A DNA stretch of 64,000 nt, taken from positions 434,001-498,000 of the forward strand of contig CT867985.1 of the NCBI GenBank assembly GCA_000165425.1, written 5' to 3'. Of this stretch, positions 28,633 to 41,978 are shown piece after piece. The notes below the pieces were generated by a model, which was not told the origin of the DNA, searched no databases, and saw only the letters and a program-made list of their open reading frames with translations. The number at the start of each line of letters is the position of its first letter. Position 1 is the stretch's first letter. A program made the translations under genes and the position numbers. Source of the stretch: Paramecium tetraurelia. Lineage: Eukaryota.

Positions 28633-30251
28633 TCACATTTTTTGAGGATTTTTGGCCAAAATATTTGCTATTTCTTATTGTAATTCTTGTTCACTAATAA
28701 ATTGTTTCTTAATCATCTATTATTTATTTGCTCTCATAATAAGACAATAATAAAATTTGAGAAATGCTAAAGAATAATTACCTTTTTCATCAAATTGAAA
28801 ACACTCCATCAATTTTATTGAATTATTTTAAATTTTTTCTTGGCTGAATACTTGAATTGAATCCAGGCTTTATCTAAATAAATTTTCTGTGTATTTACTA
28901 TATAATAAGGAATTTTCAGATCTAGATATATTTTATTAAATTACAATTATGTTTTTAAATAGTTTTGCGGATCGTTGATGTCATCTATTTGGATTTATTT
29001 AATTTATGGTTATTGTAGGATTGGAGTAGATTATTAAAAACCGACTGACTTAGTATTATCTGAACTAGTACTATTCGGTATGTAGGAGGCAAATCGAGGA
29101 GCCCCATTAGGTTTGGGTCCTTCTTAATTCATAGTAAAATTAGGTTAAAATTATGTAGCATTCGGAGAAGGATTTGTACTTCTCAAACTTTAATTTTGAA
29201 ATGTTGTAGGACCAACCTGCTTTGGAGTAAATTTAACACCAGCATTTAAGTCTGGATTTAAGGTTTTTCTAAATTGATCGAATTTTTTTGGCTCCTATGT
29301 TTACATGCAAATTAATTTGTTTGAATAAATTTCATGAAATTTAATTCTTGTCATAGGATTGTATACAATCATTCCTTGAATCAACTCCTAAAGATCGCTG
29401 TTGATGTTTTTAGATTTGTCTTATATTTTGAAAGAAGTATTTTTTAAGTTATTTATAAATACTTTTATTGAATCCCCATACTTTGTTTCAAATGGAGGCT
29501 AACCAAAAAGAAGTTGATAAAGCATAATTCCAATCTAGAATTAATAAATTTGATACTGAATAAACATCAACTTGGCTTTTTCCATTGGGTATCTTTTTTA
29601 ATTACAATATTGCCTAATCTAAAGTTTCATCATTTATAAAAGTATTAAGTTCTGGAGCCGCGTATACTGGAGTTCCCACTTTTGTCATTGTGATATCATT
29701 ATTTTTACAAACCTTACCAATTCCAAAGTCGGCTAGTTTATAAATAGGTTTTCCCTAAAAATCATTAGATATTAAGATATTTTCAGGTTTGATATCGCGA
29801 TGAAGTATTGCTTTTTCGTATAAGGGTTTATATCCGTTCAACAATTACTTTAATATGTTTATAACTTCATCAGAAGTGAAGCTTCCTTTTTTAGCCAATT
29901 CATCTTTTAGATTAGTAAGACATTTTTCCATTACAATTATTAAAATTTCTTGATTTTCAAAAGTTTAATACTAGCAATAATACACTTTAACAAGATTTTG
30001 ATTATTTGGGTATGCTTGGCGTAAAGTATTTATAATATCAGTTTCTCTGCTCATATAATTAGAATCAGAGCCTTAAGATCTTATAATCTTAATATGTAAG
30101 ATATAATTACTTTAGCACATAATATGTCTTTCGCATTAACTTTTGTGCAATCATAAACGGCACCATAAGCTCCCTTACCGATTTATTTTGATTCATGAAT
30201 GATAAATTCTCCATTGGTATATGTGTCTCCTTGCTTAAAAAACTTAGACAT
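28633..30251 (-). CDS. Ser/Thr protein kinase
   Basis: IGKGAYGAVY, CAKII, HRDIKPENILI, ADFGIGK, VGTPVYAAPE; introns 30088-30110, 29535-29556 and ~28922-28944. Confidence 0.92.
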
Positions 30252-31006
30252 TAAAAAAATGTTAATAGAAATATAGAAATTGTTTTTTATATTGTTATAT
30301 ATGAGATTAGAGATTGTAATTCTATCAATTATCATCATTAATTAATTATAACCAGCCGCAAATGAATTATTCTGTATTTTCTGTTTTTTTTTAAGTCTCC
30401 TCAATATATTTTTTGTGTCTTCTTAATTTTTGATGCTAAAATAAATTAGACATATTTTCTAATGTCAAAAGACTCTCATTTTTTCTATTTGTTAGTCCTG
30501 ATCCATTAGTTTAATTATTTTATCTCATTTTTTTGATATCATTTATAGTTACTTTTTTAACTTATAAGGACAATCTGATTTCTAATTCCGACAATTGTGA
30601 AATTCTAGTTTTTAACTTCTATTTAGGTTTTATATTATCCAAATAAGGATGCTTTAGTTGAGAGAATTCATATTATAAGGAGTCATATTGATATGAATGC
30701 GATTTATTTCTTTTATATTAATTAATAGGAGGCAATAAATCAATATTTTTCTTCCCAATATATTTGTTAAAATCGTTAAAAATTTAATTTAAGGGATTTT
30801 AATCTTAGTATTTCTACTATTGAATTGTCTATTTGTTTCTTTTGTATAGATACCTGCTCGTCACACTCATAATAAGTTAATTTATTTGTAATCTGTAAAT
30901 TTGTATTAATTTAAAGTTATATAAATGAGAATAATTTTGTATAAGAAAACAATGGTAAAATATATGCAGATCTATATAAGTAGAGTGTTGGGATAAAAGT
31001 CGTTAA

Positions 31007-31078
31007 GGGAGTATAGCTCAGTAGCAGAGCAGCAGACTGCAGATCTGTAGGTCTCAGGTGCGAACCCTGATGCTCCCT
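31007..31078 (+). tRNA. tRNA-Cys (GCA)
   Basis: Cloverleaf: acceptor GGGAGTA/TGCTCCC, D-stem GCTC/GAGC, anticodon arm GCAGA-CTGCAGA-TCTGT, T-arm TCAGG-TGCGAAC-CCTGA, discriminator U. Confidence 0.93.
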
Positions 31079-31080
31079 TC

Positions 31081-31088
31081 TTTTTTTT
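31081..31088 (+). terminator. RNA polymerase III oligo-T terminator
   Basis: T8 run starting 3 nt after the tRNA 3' end. Confidence 0.7.
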
Positions 31089-31181
31089 ATTTTAAATAAA
31101 ATAGTTCTTAATTATTAATTAATATTAAATTAAAATTAAAATTTCGCAAACTATTTAATGTACTAATTTTTTTATAGAATA

Positions 31182-33082
31182 TCACAGTTAAAAGTGATCC
31201 TATACTTTGATGCTTTCATCTGTAATTTTGTCTTCTTCTTGTAGGATTTCCTTGAGTGCATCATTGTGTATTGATAAGACTGCCCTTCCAGACTCATCGG
31301 TATTTTTCTTGAAAGCCTCATCCCATTCCAAAGCCTGAAAGATATATTGTTAATAGATACTTTTTCGGTAGAGCAAGCTATAGACTTGCCATATGGTACT
31401 GTCAAGGCAGAACTATCACTAGGAAAGGCAGAAGAATAAACTTATCTGAACCAATATTATTCCTTATCTCTAGGGGTTGATACGGGATAAGTGGTTGAGG
31501 CTTGAGCGAATTCTTAATCTGAGACTAATTGATTAGCCCTTTCGATAAGTCCATCTCTCCAACTGTAACCAACTCCATCACTGAATTGTTCCTTTTATCT
31601 CCATAATATTTCTTATGGAACAAACGGATTTTCTAGATCTTCAAAGGCTTTTCTTAATATATATTTCTCAATTTATGGTTGGAAGGCATTGATCATTTTG
31701 TATTTTGGATCAATAGACATAACATATTCAATCCAAGCCTTGTTCATAAATGGTGGTCTAGTTTCAATACCCCATGCTAAACAGGCTTTGTTAGCTCTTA
31801 AGAGATCATATTTATGTAAATCATTAAGTTTTCTAATTAATTCTTAATGGAATTCAACTCTGTTTGGAGCTTTGTGGAAATATAAATAACCTCCAAATAA
31901 TTCATCACTTCCTTCTCCAGTTAAACATATTTTAATTCCCAATGCTTTAATTCTTCTACACATCATATACATAGGTGTTGATGCTCGAATAGTAGTGTTA
32001 TTAAATGTCTCTGTGTGGTAGATGACTTCTGGTATATAATCTAAACCCTCCTCAACTGTATAGGTGAATGAATGATGTTCAAATCCATGATATTCAGCTA
32101 CTTTCCTTGCAAAATGTAAGTCTGGGGATCCTTCCAAACCAATACAAAAAGAATGAACCTTTCTCATTCCTCTCTTGCTCAAATCAATCTCACCATTTTT
32201 AATCAACTTTGCAACAATACCAGCAACAATTGATGAATCAACTCTAAAATCATAATCTAAGATATCATTACCCTCCTGATATAAATAGACCAAATGGTGC
32301 ATCTCCTTTAACTTCTCTTCTTACAACATCAATAAATCTATCTCTCATTTCCTAAAAATTGATTTCTCCTGTTGGAATATGATCAAAATTATGCCAAAGT
32401 GGGTTGTACCATTTCTTAATTTCATTAGTTTGATCAATATAATGACCTATTTGTTTAATAATAATAAATTCTAACCTGGAGGGAATTATTTAACTTCAAC
32501 CACTTAATCATGAATTCCCTTTAATTCTGATGATAAAAACAAGGCTCCGTCTTTGTTGTATCCATAATACAAAGGAATAATTCCAATATGATCTCTTCCT
32601 GCATAATAAGTCTGGTTGTTCATATCCAAGACAATTGTAGCATGCATTCCATCCATGTGATTCCAAAAATCATTTGGACCATACTTTTATTATAACCTAA
32701 CCTTATACTTCTTTATAGAGCATTCCCACGATCTCGGAATCAGAATTGCTGCTAAATTTGTATTTTTTTTCGAATTCTGGCTTGATTGACCAATAATTGT
32801 AGAGCTCTCCATTTTACATGTAGTAGACATTTTAATCATCAACTAATTAGAATGGTTGTCTTCCTCTATCACTTAAATCTACGATGTTCAATCTTTCATG
32901 AGCTAGGATATGATAAGTATCTGGGCCTGCTTTCTTACCAAATAACAAACAAAATTTACCAATATTATGATACGAGATCTATCAGGACCTCTATGTCTTT
33001 GTCTCTTTGATAAATTGTAAGCGAGAGTTCGAACTTCAATATAAGTTCCTTTAATGTTGAAAATTGCCAAAATTCCACACAT
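31182..33082 (-). CDS. ASNS: asparagine synthetase (glutamine-hydrolysing)
   Basis: MCGILAIF, RHRGPD, AHERLNIVD, NGELYN, SGGVDSS, LTGEGSDELFGGYLYF, RQKEQFSDGVGY; several 24-30 nt introns, e.g. 32934-32959. Confidence 0.96.
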
Positions 33083-34777
33083 ATTTAAATTGGAATAACA
33101 CAAACGTGTAAATAATTGTTATAAACCTTGTAAATGCGTATCAATTAATATGAAATATAATTATTAATATTCAATGTGGCCAATAAAGTTATTAAGTATT
33201 ATTTTGTTTTACTTATAAATCATAATTGATATCATCAAATAATATATTCTTGAATTCAATAAAATATTGCATCCTTTGCCAAACTTCTTATTAATATTTC
33301 TATATATAATTTTTCAAATTTTATAAAAGAATTATATGTTATATGTGAAATTTTTCCTAATTTTCTTCTATTTCTATCACCTTATTCGTTTAAATCTTCT
33401 AAGTTAAAGTAAATTAAAAGGTTAGCATTGCATATAATTCAGCAAAAATAAGTCTAAGCAACAAAAAAAATATAAAATTTAATAAAATCTTTAAACCTCT
33501 AGAAATGCAAAGGATTAACTATATTATAGAAAAATAAATAAATTTATAATACCTCAAATACATCATAATGCGTTATAAAGTGATCTTGTTATTATAAATA
33601 TTTATAATATAAATTTTATATCATAATACTAATTATTATAAAATTAACAATTATTATTTATTATTTTTTATTATAATGGTTAAAAAAATACTACTCATCT
33701 TAATTTAGAAATTTACAATTGTTAAAAGTCATCCACTTGAAAATATCTAATTAATTTTAAATCTTAGTTTTATATACGCTATTTGGGGCATTTAAAAGTA
33801 ACTTTACAAAATTCAAGATACACACATTTTATTTTAACCTTTTCTTTTATTCCAAATATTCTAGAGTTAGAATACATTCTTATTTTAATTTCCACTTTCT
33901 ACTTAAATAACTACATTGTTAAAATCCTTTTAATTACCATTTTTGTAACTAAAATTGAATAAAGTTATATTTTAATCTTGAGTGATTTGACTATATTTTA
34001 TAGATACTTTTTATTGATTTCCTCATCTGAATTGATTAAATATTTTTATTGATCATATTCTCATCATCATATTTCTGAGTCTAATTCTTTAGGTTAAGTT
34101 TTATTTTGAACTTCCAATTTAATCAAGGATATTATCTTAGTGAGGCACCCTAAAAATAAAATTTTTGGTATATTTGCTATGTCTCCTTTTTTATTGAGTA
34201 AAAATATAAAAATTAAAGGTTGTTTTTGATTTATATGAAAAACTTCCATATGGATATTATTCAATAAGTTTTTTAATGAAAAATAATTTTTAATTAAATT
34301 TAGAATGACTTAATAATGATGTATTTTACTCATAATATCTAAAATTGAAAATACAATTATTCAGCTAAGTTTAGTGTACAACAATAAAGTTAATTAATAA
34401 GGTCCCTAAAATAGAAATTTTTGATAGTTAGATTTCTACTCTATATTAATTTTTCAAATAAAACTTAAAATTAATATTTAATAATAAAATTTAAAATTTT
34501 ATCTATCTCAAATATCATAAAACTAATTAGGAGTTAAATTGAAATACAAATGAGTGAAAATTTATAGACAAAATTAGCAATTAAATTTATTTTAATTCTA
34601 TATATTATAATTATTTTAATTTAAAAATGAAATCATATTATATCTTATTAATCAGATATTTCTTTCTAAAATCAATTTTAATATGAATCAAACCATAATT
34701 TAACATATTTCAAATAAATTTAATGGTAATTTTGAAATTTATATTAATGTTTTATATTATACAATTAAGAATAATAA

Positions 34778-37655
34778 TCAATCAATTAGAATAGCATTTG
34801 ATTCATTTCCACCTTTAGTTTACATTTTATTTTAAGACATAATTTGATCATCGTTGTCGAATTAATGAGAACTTCTTTCAAAATTAGTATACCCTTGTGA
34901 AATTAGATCATTATAACCGTTAATTTAATTATTTTAAATTATTGCATAAAAAGGATCCTTAGAATCTAAAGTACCCTTAATACTTTAAAATATTTCTTTA
35001 CATTTTAATCAACAGTAATTTAATCAACTTTAATATTAAGTTATTAAATTTTCTTAATAATTCCCCATTAATAATGATCAATCCTCAAGCTAATAGAATT
35101 TTTTTTACAAATTGGACAAATCCATTTCATGTGTTCTGCATGAATCATCATTTCCAAATAACTATTTAAGCTAAAACACTGTTGATGTTGACAAAATTCT
35201 CCTCTAATTTATTATTTAGTTTGTACCTTGCAGGTATTTTAATTAAATCAAAAGAGTATTAGCAAACAAGACTCACTTTGGATTTATCTACCTTGATTTC
35301 GTGTTTTTAAACATCGGTTTTAATTTGAGACAAAATACTTTGATTAACTATTGATTGAATTATTTGTTCTAATCTCTAATTTTAAACCACAAACAATCCA
35401 AATATATATATTTAATTTGGAATCTCTTACCTCATTTTAGAATCTGGAATAGTTTCAACACAAGTGAAAGTGTATTTTCTTTGTATTTCATAGATATTTT
35501 TAAATTCATCAAGATTAATTAAAATGCAATGATCCTTTCGCTTTCTTAAGCATGACTTTTCAATAAGAGGTTTGAATTCCTTAATGGTAACTCCATTAAT
35601 AAGAAGAGTACAACTATTAGGAAATGTGAAATCAGTTAATCCATTTTTATTCATCATAACACATCTAATTTCAAGTAATAATTCAGGATTTCGAAATAAC
35701 TCTTATGCAATTGTGAAATCAAGATGTATCCTACTTTTAGATCTTTATTAATATTGATATTCTAGAAATCCTAAAGTTTAAACAATCTTTTTGAATGGAT
35801 TTAATTTCTCAAGTAAACAAGATGAGCAAATATTAGCCTCATTTTCAATTTCTATCAATTTTACTTTCCCATCAATTTATTTACAATAATTGCATTAATT
35901 CCAATTTGTTGATATTTTAAGATATTAATGAGCTTATTAACTAATGTTATTATTACCAGTATCATTGGACTCTATTTTAGGTTTTTTCTCTCTCAATCTT
36001 TCCAAATTTACACCATCCTCAACACTAAAGATTAAAGATTATGGGGGATTATTGGTTTAATTAATCTGCTAGTTTTACTTTTCAGCAAATTTCATTTACC
36101 CTTAAAGTTATCTTTAATTTATCTATTATTGATTAAGTTTGTTCAAATATGAATTTTTCTGTCTGAGAAATTTATTACTCTTTTCTAAATTAATATTTGA
36201 TTAATCATTTTAGTTGAATTATTAATTTTATAAAATAACATTAGATGGCTCTTTAGGAATTGCAAGTACGGGATTCGAAATTGCCGCTAAATTAGGATTT
36301 TAAATATCATTTTATGAATTTATTTATTGCAATATGCTATTGCTTGTATTGGATAGAGAATTAATTAAATTATTTCTTTCTTAATTTTAAAAATAATTGT
36401 TGGAATTCTATTAGGGAGGTTAAGATTAGATGATTGTGTATTATTTTTCTAGTAATTATTTTTGCTTTAGAATTTCAAATTGAATTTTATCATCAGTTAA
36501 GGATTATTCTTGATTCTACAATATAGAACTTTAGGGTTGATTGATCTATTGTTCAACTTACATTCCTTAGATGATATCTTAATCCTTATATTGATTGAAT
36601 GTTTTTTGTCTTGTATTGTTTTTTTTTTGTTAAATTTTATTACTTTTAACATGGATTAGCTCATCCATTTGATACTTTCCTTGTAATTTTTGTTAATCCT
36701 AAATATTTTTTTATTTTTGTGATTCAGAATCTGAGATTTAGATCACAATTTCTCCTTCCTCAGGAGATGAATCTATAATAGCTCTTGATGGTTTTTTTTG
36801 AATTTGTATTTATCTATTTTTTCTAAAATATTATTCAATAGTTTTGTTGTCCACAAAGGCTCTATTATTTTCTCTTTCTTCTTTATTTTAATCAACATTT
36901 AATTACTTTTTATTTCTGATAAAGTCATTTAATGTCTATATTGGATTAGATTAGACTTAATTTTTAGAGTCTTTTAGGCTCTATTTCTTATTTTTTGAGG
37001 TTGGTTCCAAGTCATGATCCTTAACTTGTCTTTAGAATATGGATTCTATTAATCCTTATTCTTTAGAAGTGATTTTTTAAGTTTTTTCTTTGCATATAAT
37101 TTAATCTTGATGACTATCAATAAGGGGATCAAAGCTATACTGAGATAATTTTGGCCCTTGAGATATCATTTAATGAAGGTTCGCTGAACTGTGAGTACAT
37201 ATATTTTCTTCAATCTCTAATAAATCAGATGGGTTTGACTACTTCAATTTTACTTTTTTTTTATTCCTAATCATGTCTAATTAATCCTATTTTTGCTTAT
37301 TTGACTCTTAATTTGATTTTGTTAAACTCTTACTTTATAATGGTTAATTGTTTTGATTAGAATAATTTTCATTTATTTTCTTGGAATCACTTCTTTTTAT
37401 TGAGGACTATTCTAAAATATTAGTAATCTCATTTTCTGCTTCAAGATAATTTATAAAGAACTAAGCAAACTTCTTCTAAAAATCCTAATCTTTTATATTA
37501 CTGAAATTTTGTATTTAGAGTTATTGGCATATGTTTATCAATTGCCAATCTTAATACTATGAATAATTAATTGAACGTGTTACTTGATAAATAGGACAAC
37601 TTGGATCCTTGAGCAAATCAATCATAACATTTTCTAATAGTTTTTTATGCTCCAT
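34778..37655 (-). CDS. MIZ/SP-RING (PIAS/SIZ-type) E3 SUMO ligase
   Basis: SP-RING VSLVCQYSFDLIKIPARGEFCQHQQCF...WICPICKK; upstream CxxC...CSSCLLEKLNPF and a PINIT-like region; introns 35204-35226 and 34976-35001; SIM-like end NAILID*. Confidence 0.88.
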
Positions 37656-37899
37656 AAATTTTATAATTAATAAAAACTTGATTTAAATACATACAAAATA
37701 TGTAATCAATTATATCAAATATCATTTCAAAAATTAGTAATAAATGAATTTTTAAGAATTATTTATATCCTTCCAATTTTTAATATCTTCTAATCACTAA
37801 AAATGAGTTTTCATTTTGGACTTCCAAAAATAAATAATAAAAATTCAACAGAATTAATGCAATTAAAAACATTAGAATTTATTTTACCTTATCATATAA

Positions 37900-39202
37900 A
37901 TGATTTTTATATTAAATCTGCTATCTACATTGGCTTATGCCCAACGAGTTGCTATAGTCGGATGTGGCATTGGAGGAGCAACATTGTCTTAATTGATACC
38001 AAGTGCTGTTGTATACGAATCATATTATTAATGTGGAGGAAGAATTAATCATGTTTTGATACCTGGGTTGAGTGCCCTTGAATTTGGGGCTACATTCTTT
38101 ATTAAAGAAAATGAATATGTTCTGAAATAAATCGAATAAAGAAATTTAGAATATTACAAGAGAGATCTAGGTAAACTAGCAATTGTAAAAAACAAATAAT
38201 TTGTCTTGCAAAAGGCTGATTCAGATATCATTAACATTCTAAAGATGGTTTATAATTATGGACTCTCGCCTAAAAGAATGAAAGATATTACAGACTAAGT
38301 TTTAGTTAATTTTAAGTCAATCTACACGTTTTTAGAAAGTGGTTAACATTATAACAATCTTAATGAGTTCTTATAGATCATTAAATTGAATGATATTAAA
38401 ATGAACTTTACAGAATATTTGAATGAAAATGGAATTGATCAATAATTTTAAGAAGAATTTGTAGATGCAATTTTATTAGCAATTTACAACTAAAAGGATG
38501 TTAATACTATTGCAGGGTTGATCACTATGGTTGCTGCCTTTAATGATGCATATTCAATCAAAGGAGGAAATAGATAATTAATAGATGAAGAGAAAATAAA
38601 TGTTATACATTCAAAAGTTGACATGATACATCGCTTGTAGAATGGAAAGTATAAAATATTTAATGATGAGTATGATTATGTGGTTGTAGCTACTTTAGTC
38701 AACTTAGACATATCATTTGATAACATTAGAGAAATGAATAATTTTCAATATGTAAAATATTAGAGCACCTATGTCTATGTTGTTGCAGGTAAGATTTCTC
38801 AAAAATATCTTGGCGTTAATCCAGAAGATCTTAATACAATCATTATTCTTGATGATGCTAATCTCACTGAACTCAAATAAGAGTGTGTAAAATGTTTCTA
38901 AGGTTGGAATGTCTATAAGGTACAAGGAAGATCAGAATTATAGTTAGACCAGATCTTTGAAACCCATTAAATAGTATATAAAAAAGTATGGGATGCAGCA
39001 TATCCATAATTTAGTTAAAATTTATTGAAAACAGAATTTGAATATGAAAAGGTATCTATTTTTATTTTAATGTAAGAATTTCTTCTACTTAAATTCAATT
39101 GAAGGGTTAGCCTCATGCATGGAACTTATAATGATTCAAGCCAAAAACATAGCCAATATTATCAAAGAGAGACATAATTTATTAATGCATGAAGATTTAT
39201 GA
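37900..39202 (+). CDS. prenylcysteine oxidase/lyase-like FAD enzyme
   Basis: Signal peptide, then RVAIVGCGIGG, CGGRI, LEFGATFF, WDAAYP and YLNSIEGLASCMEL; intron 39052-39076; ends HEDL*. Confidence 0.85.
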
Positions 39203-39271
39203 TATATTTAAATTATAATTTAAAAACATAAGATAGTCAAAAAAATTATGCTCTTCAGTTTTTCTCTAAAT

Positions 39272-40607
39272 TCAAAATATTGAACAAGATCTAGAACAAC
39301 AAGAAAGTGAGGAAGGTATTTCCTTCTCTCCTTCTAAAATTGTCTATTTTTATGAATAAGTAGTAGTTTTTGTGGTTTCACCATATTTTTTCGTTATTTA
39401 TTTTTTTCCTTTTCTCTTTTCCATATCTCCACTTTCCATCTCAATCAAATCATCTTCATCATCATCAATTTATATAAATTATTGATCTTATTTCTTTGTA
39501 GTAGAGCTTTGGTAAGACTTTGATTTCTCCTCAAAATCCTCCTATTGATGTTGTTGTTATTAAAAACTGTTCTAATATTATTGTTGTTCTCCTTATTGAG
39601 ATTCTATTTAATCTTCGAAAACTTCTACTTATTGATTCAACAAAGGATTCCCATTTTCTTCCAACACTGTAATTTTCATAAAGCTTGGCTTTTTGTTGAT
39701 TGAACTACCCATTGAATTTATTGATAAGTGAGAGTTCTTCTTCAATAATTTACTTGTTCCAGTATGCGTCTCTCTTTTTAAGATCGGCCTAGAATAAATT
39801 TATAATTTAACCAAAATAACTCTATATTATTTAAATCACCCCCATATTTGATTTCTAACTATTCTTTTGGAATATACTGTAATATTTATTAATATTCTGT
39901 AATAATTTTTATTTTAACCTATAGATCTTTGATTTTTTCTAAAATTCTAATCAACAAAATAAATACCAGTGAATTGTTTGACTATGTCATCTATATCGTC
40001 TGGTCCATTAACTATTAAAATTTTATTTAAGTTCCCATAAAAATGCAATTACAAATACAATAAATCATCTAATTCCAGTACAGGCAAATCAATATCTAAA
40101 TCCAAGATGACTGTCCAATTTTCAACATAATAATCAATTAACAACTATCTTTTAACTGTTTCCAAAAAGTAAGCAATTATTTTTATATCGCAATATTATC
40201 TGATTACAATAACAGGGCGATATTAATTGTCAAAACCGCAAACATATAGATGTCCTTTTCTTAATTAATTAACATTGTCTTGTTTGGAGTATTCCTATAG
40301 AAAATTTAAATGAGATTAGCAATTCTAAAGCACTATTAGTATAAAAATAACATACAATAATTGCTTTTTCAATATTATATTAGGCTGCCATTAACATTTT
40401 CAATAGTATACTTCTTTTTAATTTAATCTGTAAACCATTTTCCTTCATTTTCGTTTTAATCTCTTCAATTAATTATTTCTCATAATCATCATAATCAACA
40501 TTTTCAAATATGTTCCTTTATATAGATGGTCCATTTCCGCTTTTTATGTAAAATTCTTAAATAGCAATTTCTTATACCACTATGTAAGATGGATGTAATT
40601 CCTTCAT
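39272..40607 (-). CDS. CRAL-TRIO (Sec14-like) lipid-binding protein with a C-terminal CaaX motif
   Basis: GHLYVCGFDNQYRPVIVI, YYVENWTVILDL, LEIKYGG; ends SCCSRSCSIF*. Small introns are present but not all were mapped. Confidence 0.85.
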
Positions 40608-40965
40608 AAATCATTAATATTAATATTTTAAATATTGTGTAATTCCATTAATTATAAAAATATTTCTTAAGAGATTTAGCTTTCCATAATGGAAGAGATC
40701 ATATTTGTTAGCTAATCCCATACTTTAAAATTTAATTGTTTTAATAAAACTATTGTAAAATGCAAAAAATTATATATAATCATTAAACTTTTAGTTAATC
40801 TGTCCTTCAATCTTTTATATTGGAGTGATTTCTCTTAATAAAATCTGTTCTCAAATCTAAACTACTATCTGATTTTTTCAAGTCTCAAAATCTGAACGAA
40901 ACACAAGATGTTAGCCCTGATTGATTAATCAAATAAATTTAAATCTTTTTATTAAAAAATTTATT

Positions 40966-41263
40966 ATGGGAAAACTTCACGGAACCTTAGCCAAAGCAGG
41001 TAAAGTTAGAAAGCAAACTCCAAAGATTGAAAAATAAGTCAGAAGACACAAAATCCCAAAAGGAAGAGCCTACAAAAGAATCTGCTTCAATAGAAGGTCT
41101 TCACTCTTTATATTCTTTTAGATTCGGATCAGCAGCAGCCTCAACAGGACCATAATAAAAGAGAAAAGGACCAAATTGGCATGCAGGAAGAAAGGACTTA
41201 ATTGAAGAGGAAAGAAAGAAGTAAGTCGAATAAAGAAGACAAAGAAAGAATGTACCAAAATGA
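40966..41263 (+). CDS. RPS30: 40S ribosomal protein S30 (eS30)
   Basis: MGKLHGTLAKAGKVRKQTPKIEKQ...GRAYKRICFNRRF...KGPN; intron 41097-41121. Confidence 0.96.
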
Positions 41264-41450
41264 TTAATAACATACAGTAGATTATTTACATACAATAAAA
41301 CAATTAAAATTAGCAATCCCTAAGTGATGTAGTAATCTATTGTCTAATCCAGTTTTCTATTGTTCTAAGCTGTCTAAATTTTAATTTATTTTGCTACCAA
41401 TCACTAAATATTAATTATTTAAACGATGTGAGAAAATAAGAATAAAATCA

Positions 41451-41978
41451 TCATTTAGAACTATCTTAACTATTCCTCCTCCAACTTCTCAACGTATCTA
41501 AATTTAATCCTATATTTAAATTTTTTCTTTGAGGCGTAGCTCTTTATGAAAAGATTATCACCTTCTTTGGATAATTATTAAATTATGCATAACGATAATT
41601 TTAAGGGGATTAATAATATTGCTGCTCATTTTGAAGTTCCTCTCTTTGCACTGTGATTGACTTAGCATACCTTCTCGATACATTTTAATTGAAATCAAAG
41701 TTTATAGACTTTTACTCAGTCTTTAAATGACTAATTTGATATTTAATCTCCTTCAATTTGTTTTGCTTATAAAACGGTTATCTATTTGAAGATTAGAACC
41801 TTGTTTCATTAAATACTGCTTAAATTTGTGTCTCTCCAAGAGACTTCTAAGCCTGCTATTTTGCTTTCTTCACTATAGAAGATATTTTCTAATATAAAAT
41901 GGAAGGTTAATTCTATTCTAAACTTTTTTTTTGCTTCAACTGATATAAAAGCTGCATTCTACAATAATTTTCGCACAT
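41451..41978 (-). CDS. hypothetical protein (175 aa)
   Basis: ORF MCENYCRMQLLYQLK...SWRRNSQDSSK*. Confidence 0.65.

Noticed and set aside
37803..38048. 81-aa track ORF MSFHFGLPK...
   Set aside because: It overlaps the prenylcysteine oxidase start in another frame, and that frame carries the GxGxxG motif.
40820..40900. Possible C/D-box snoRNA upstream of RPS30
   Set aside because: Only an imperfect C box (GTGATTT) and CTGA tetramers; no terminal stem or guide target could be verified.
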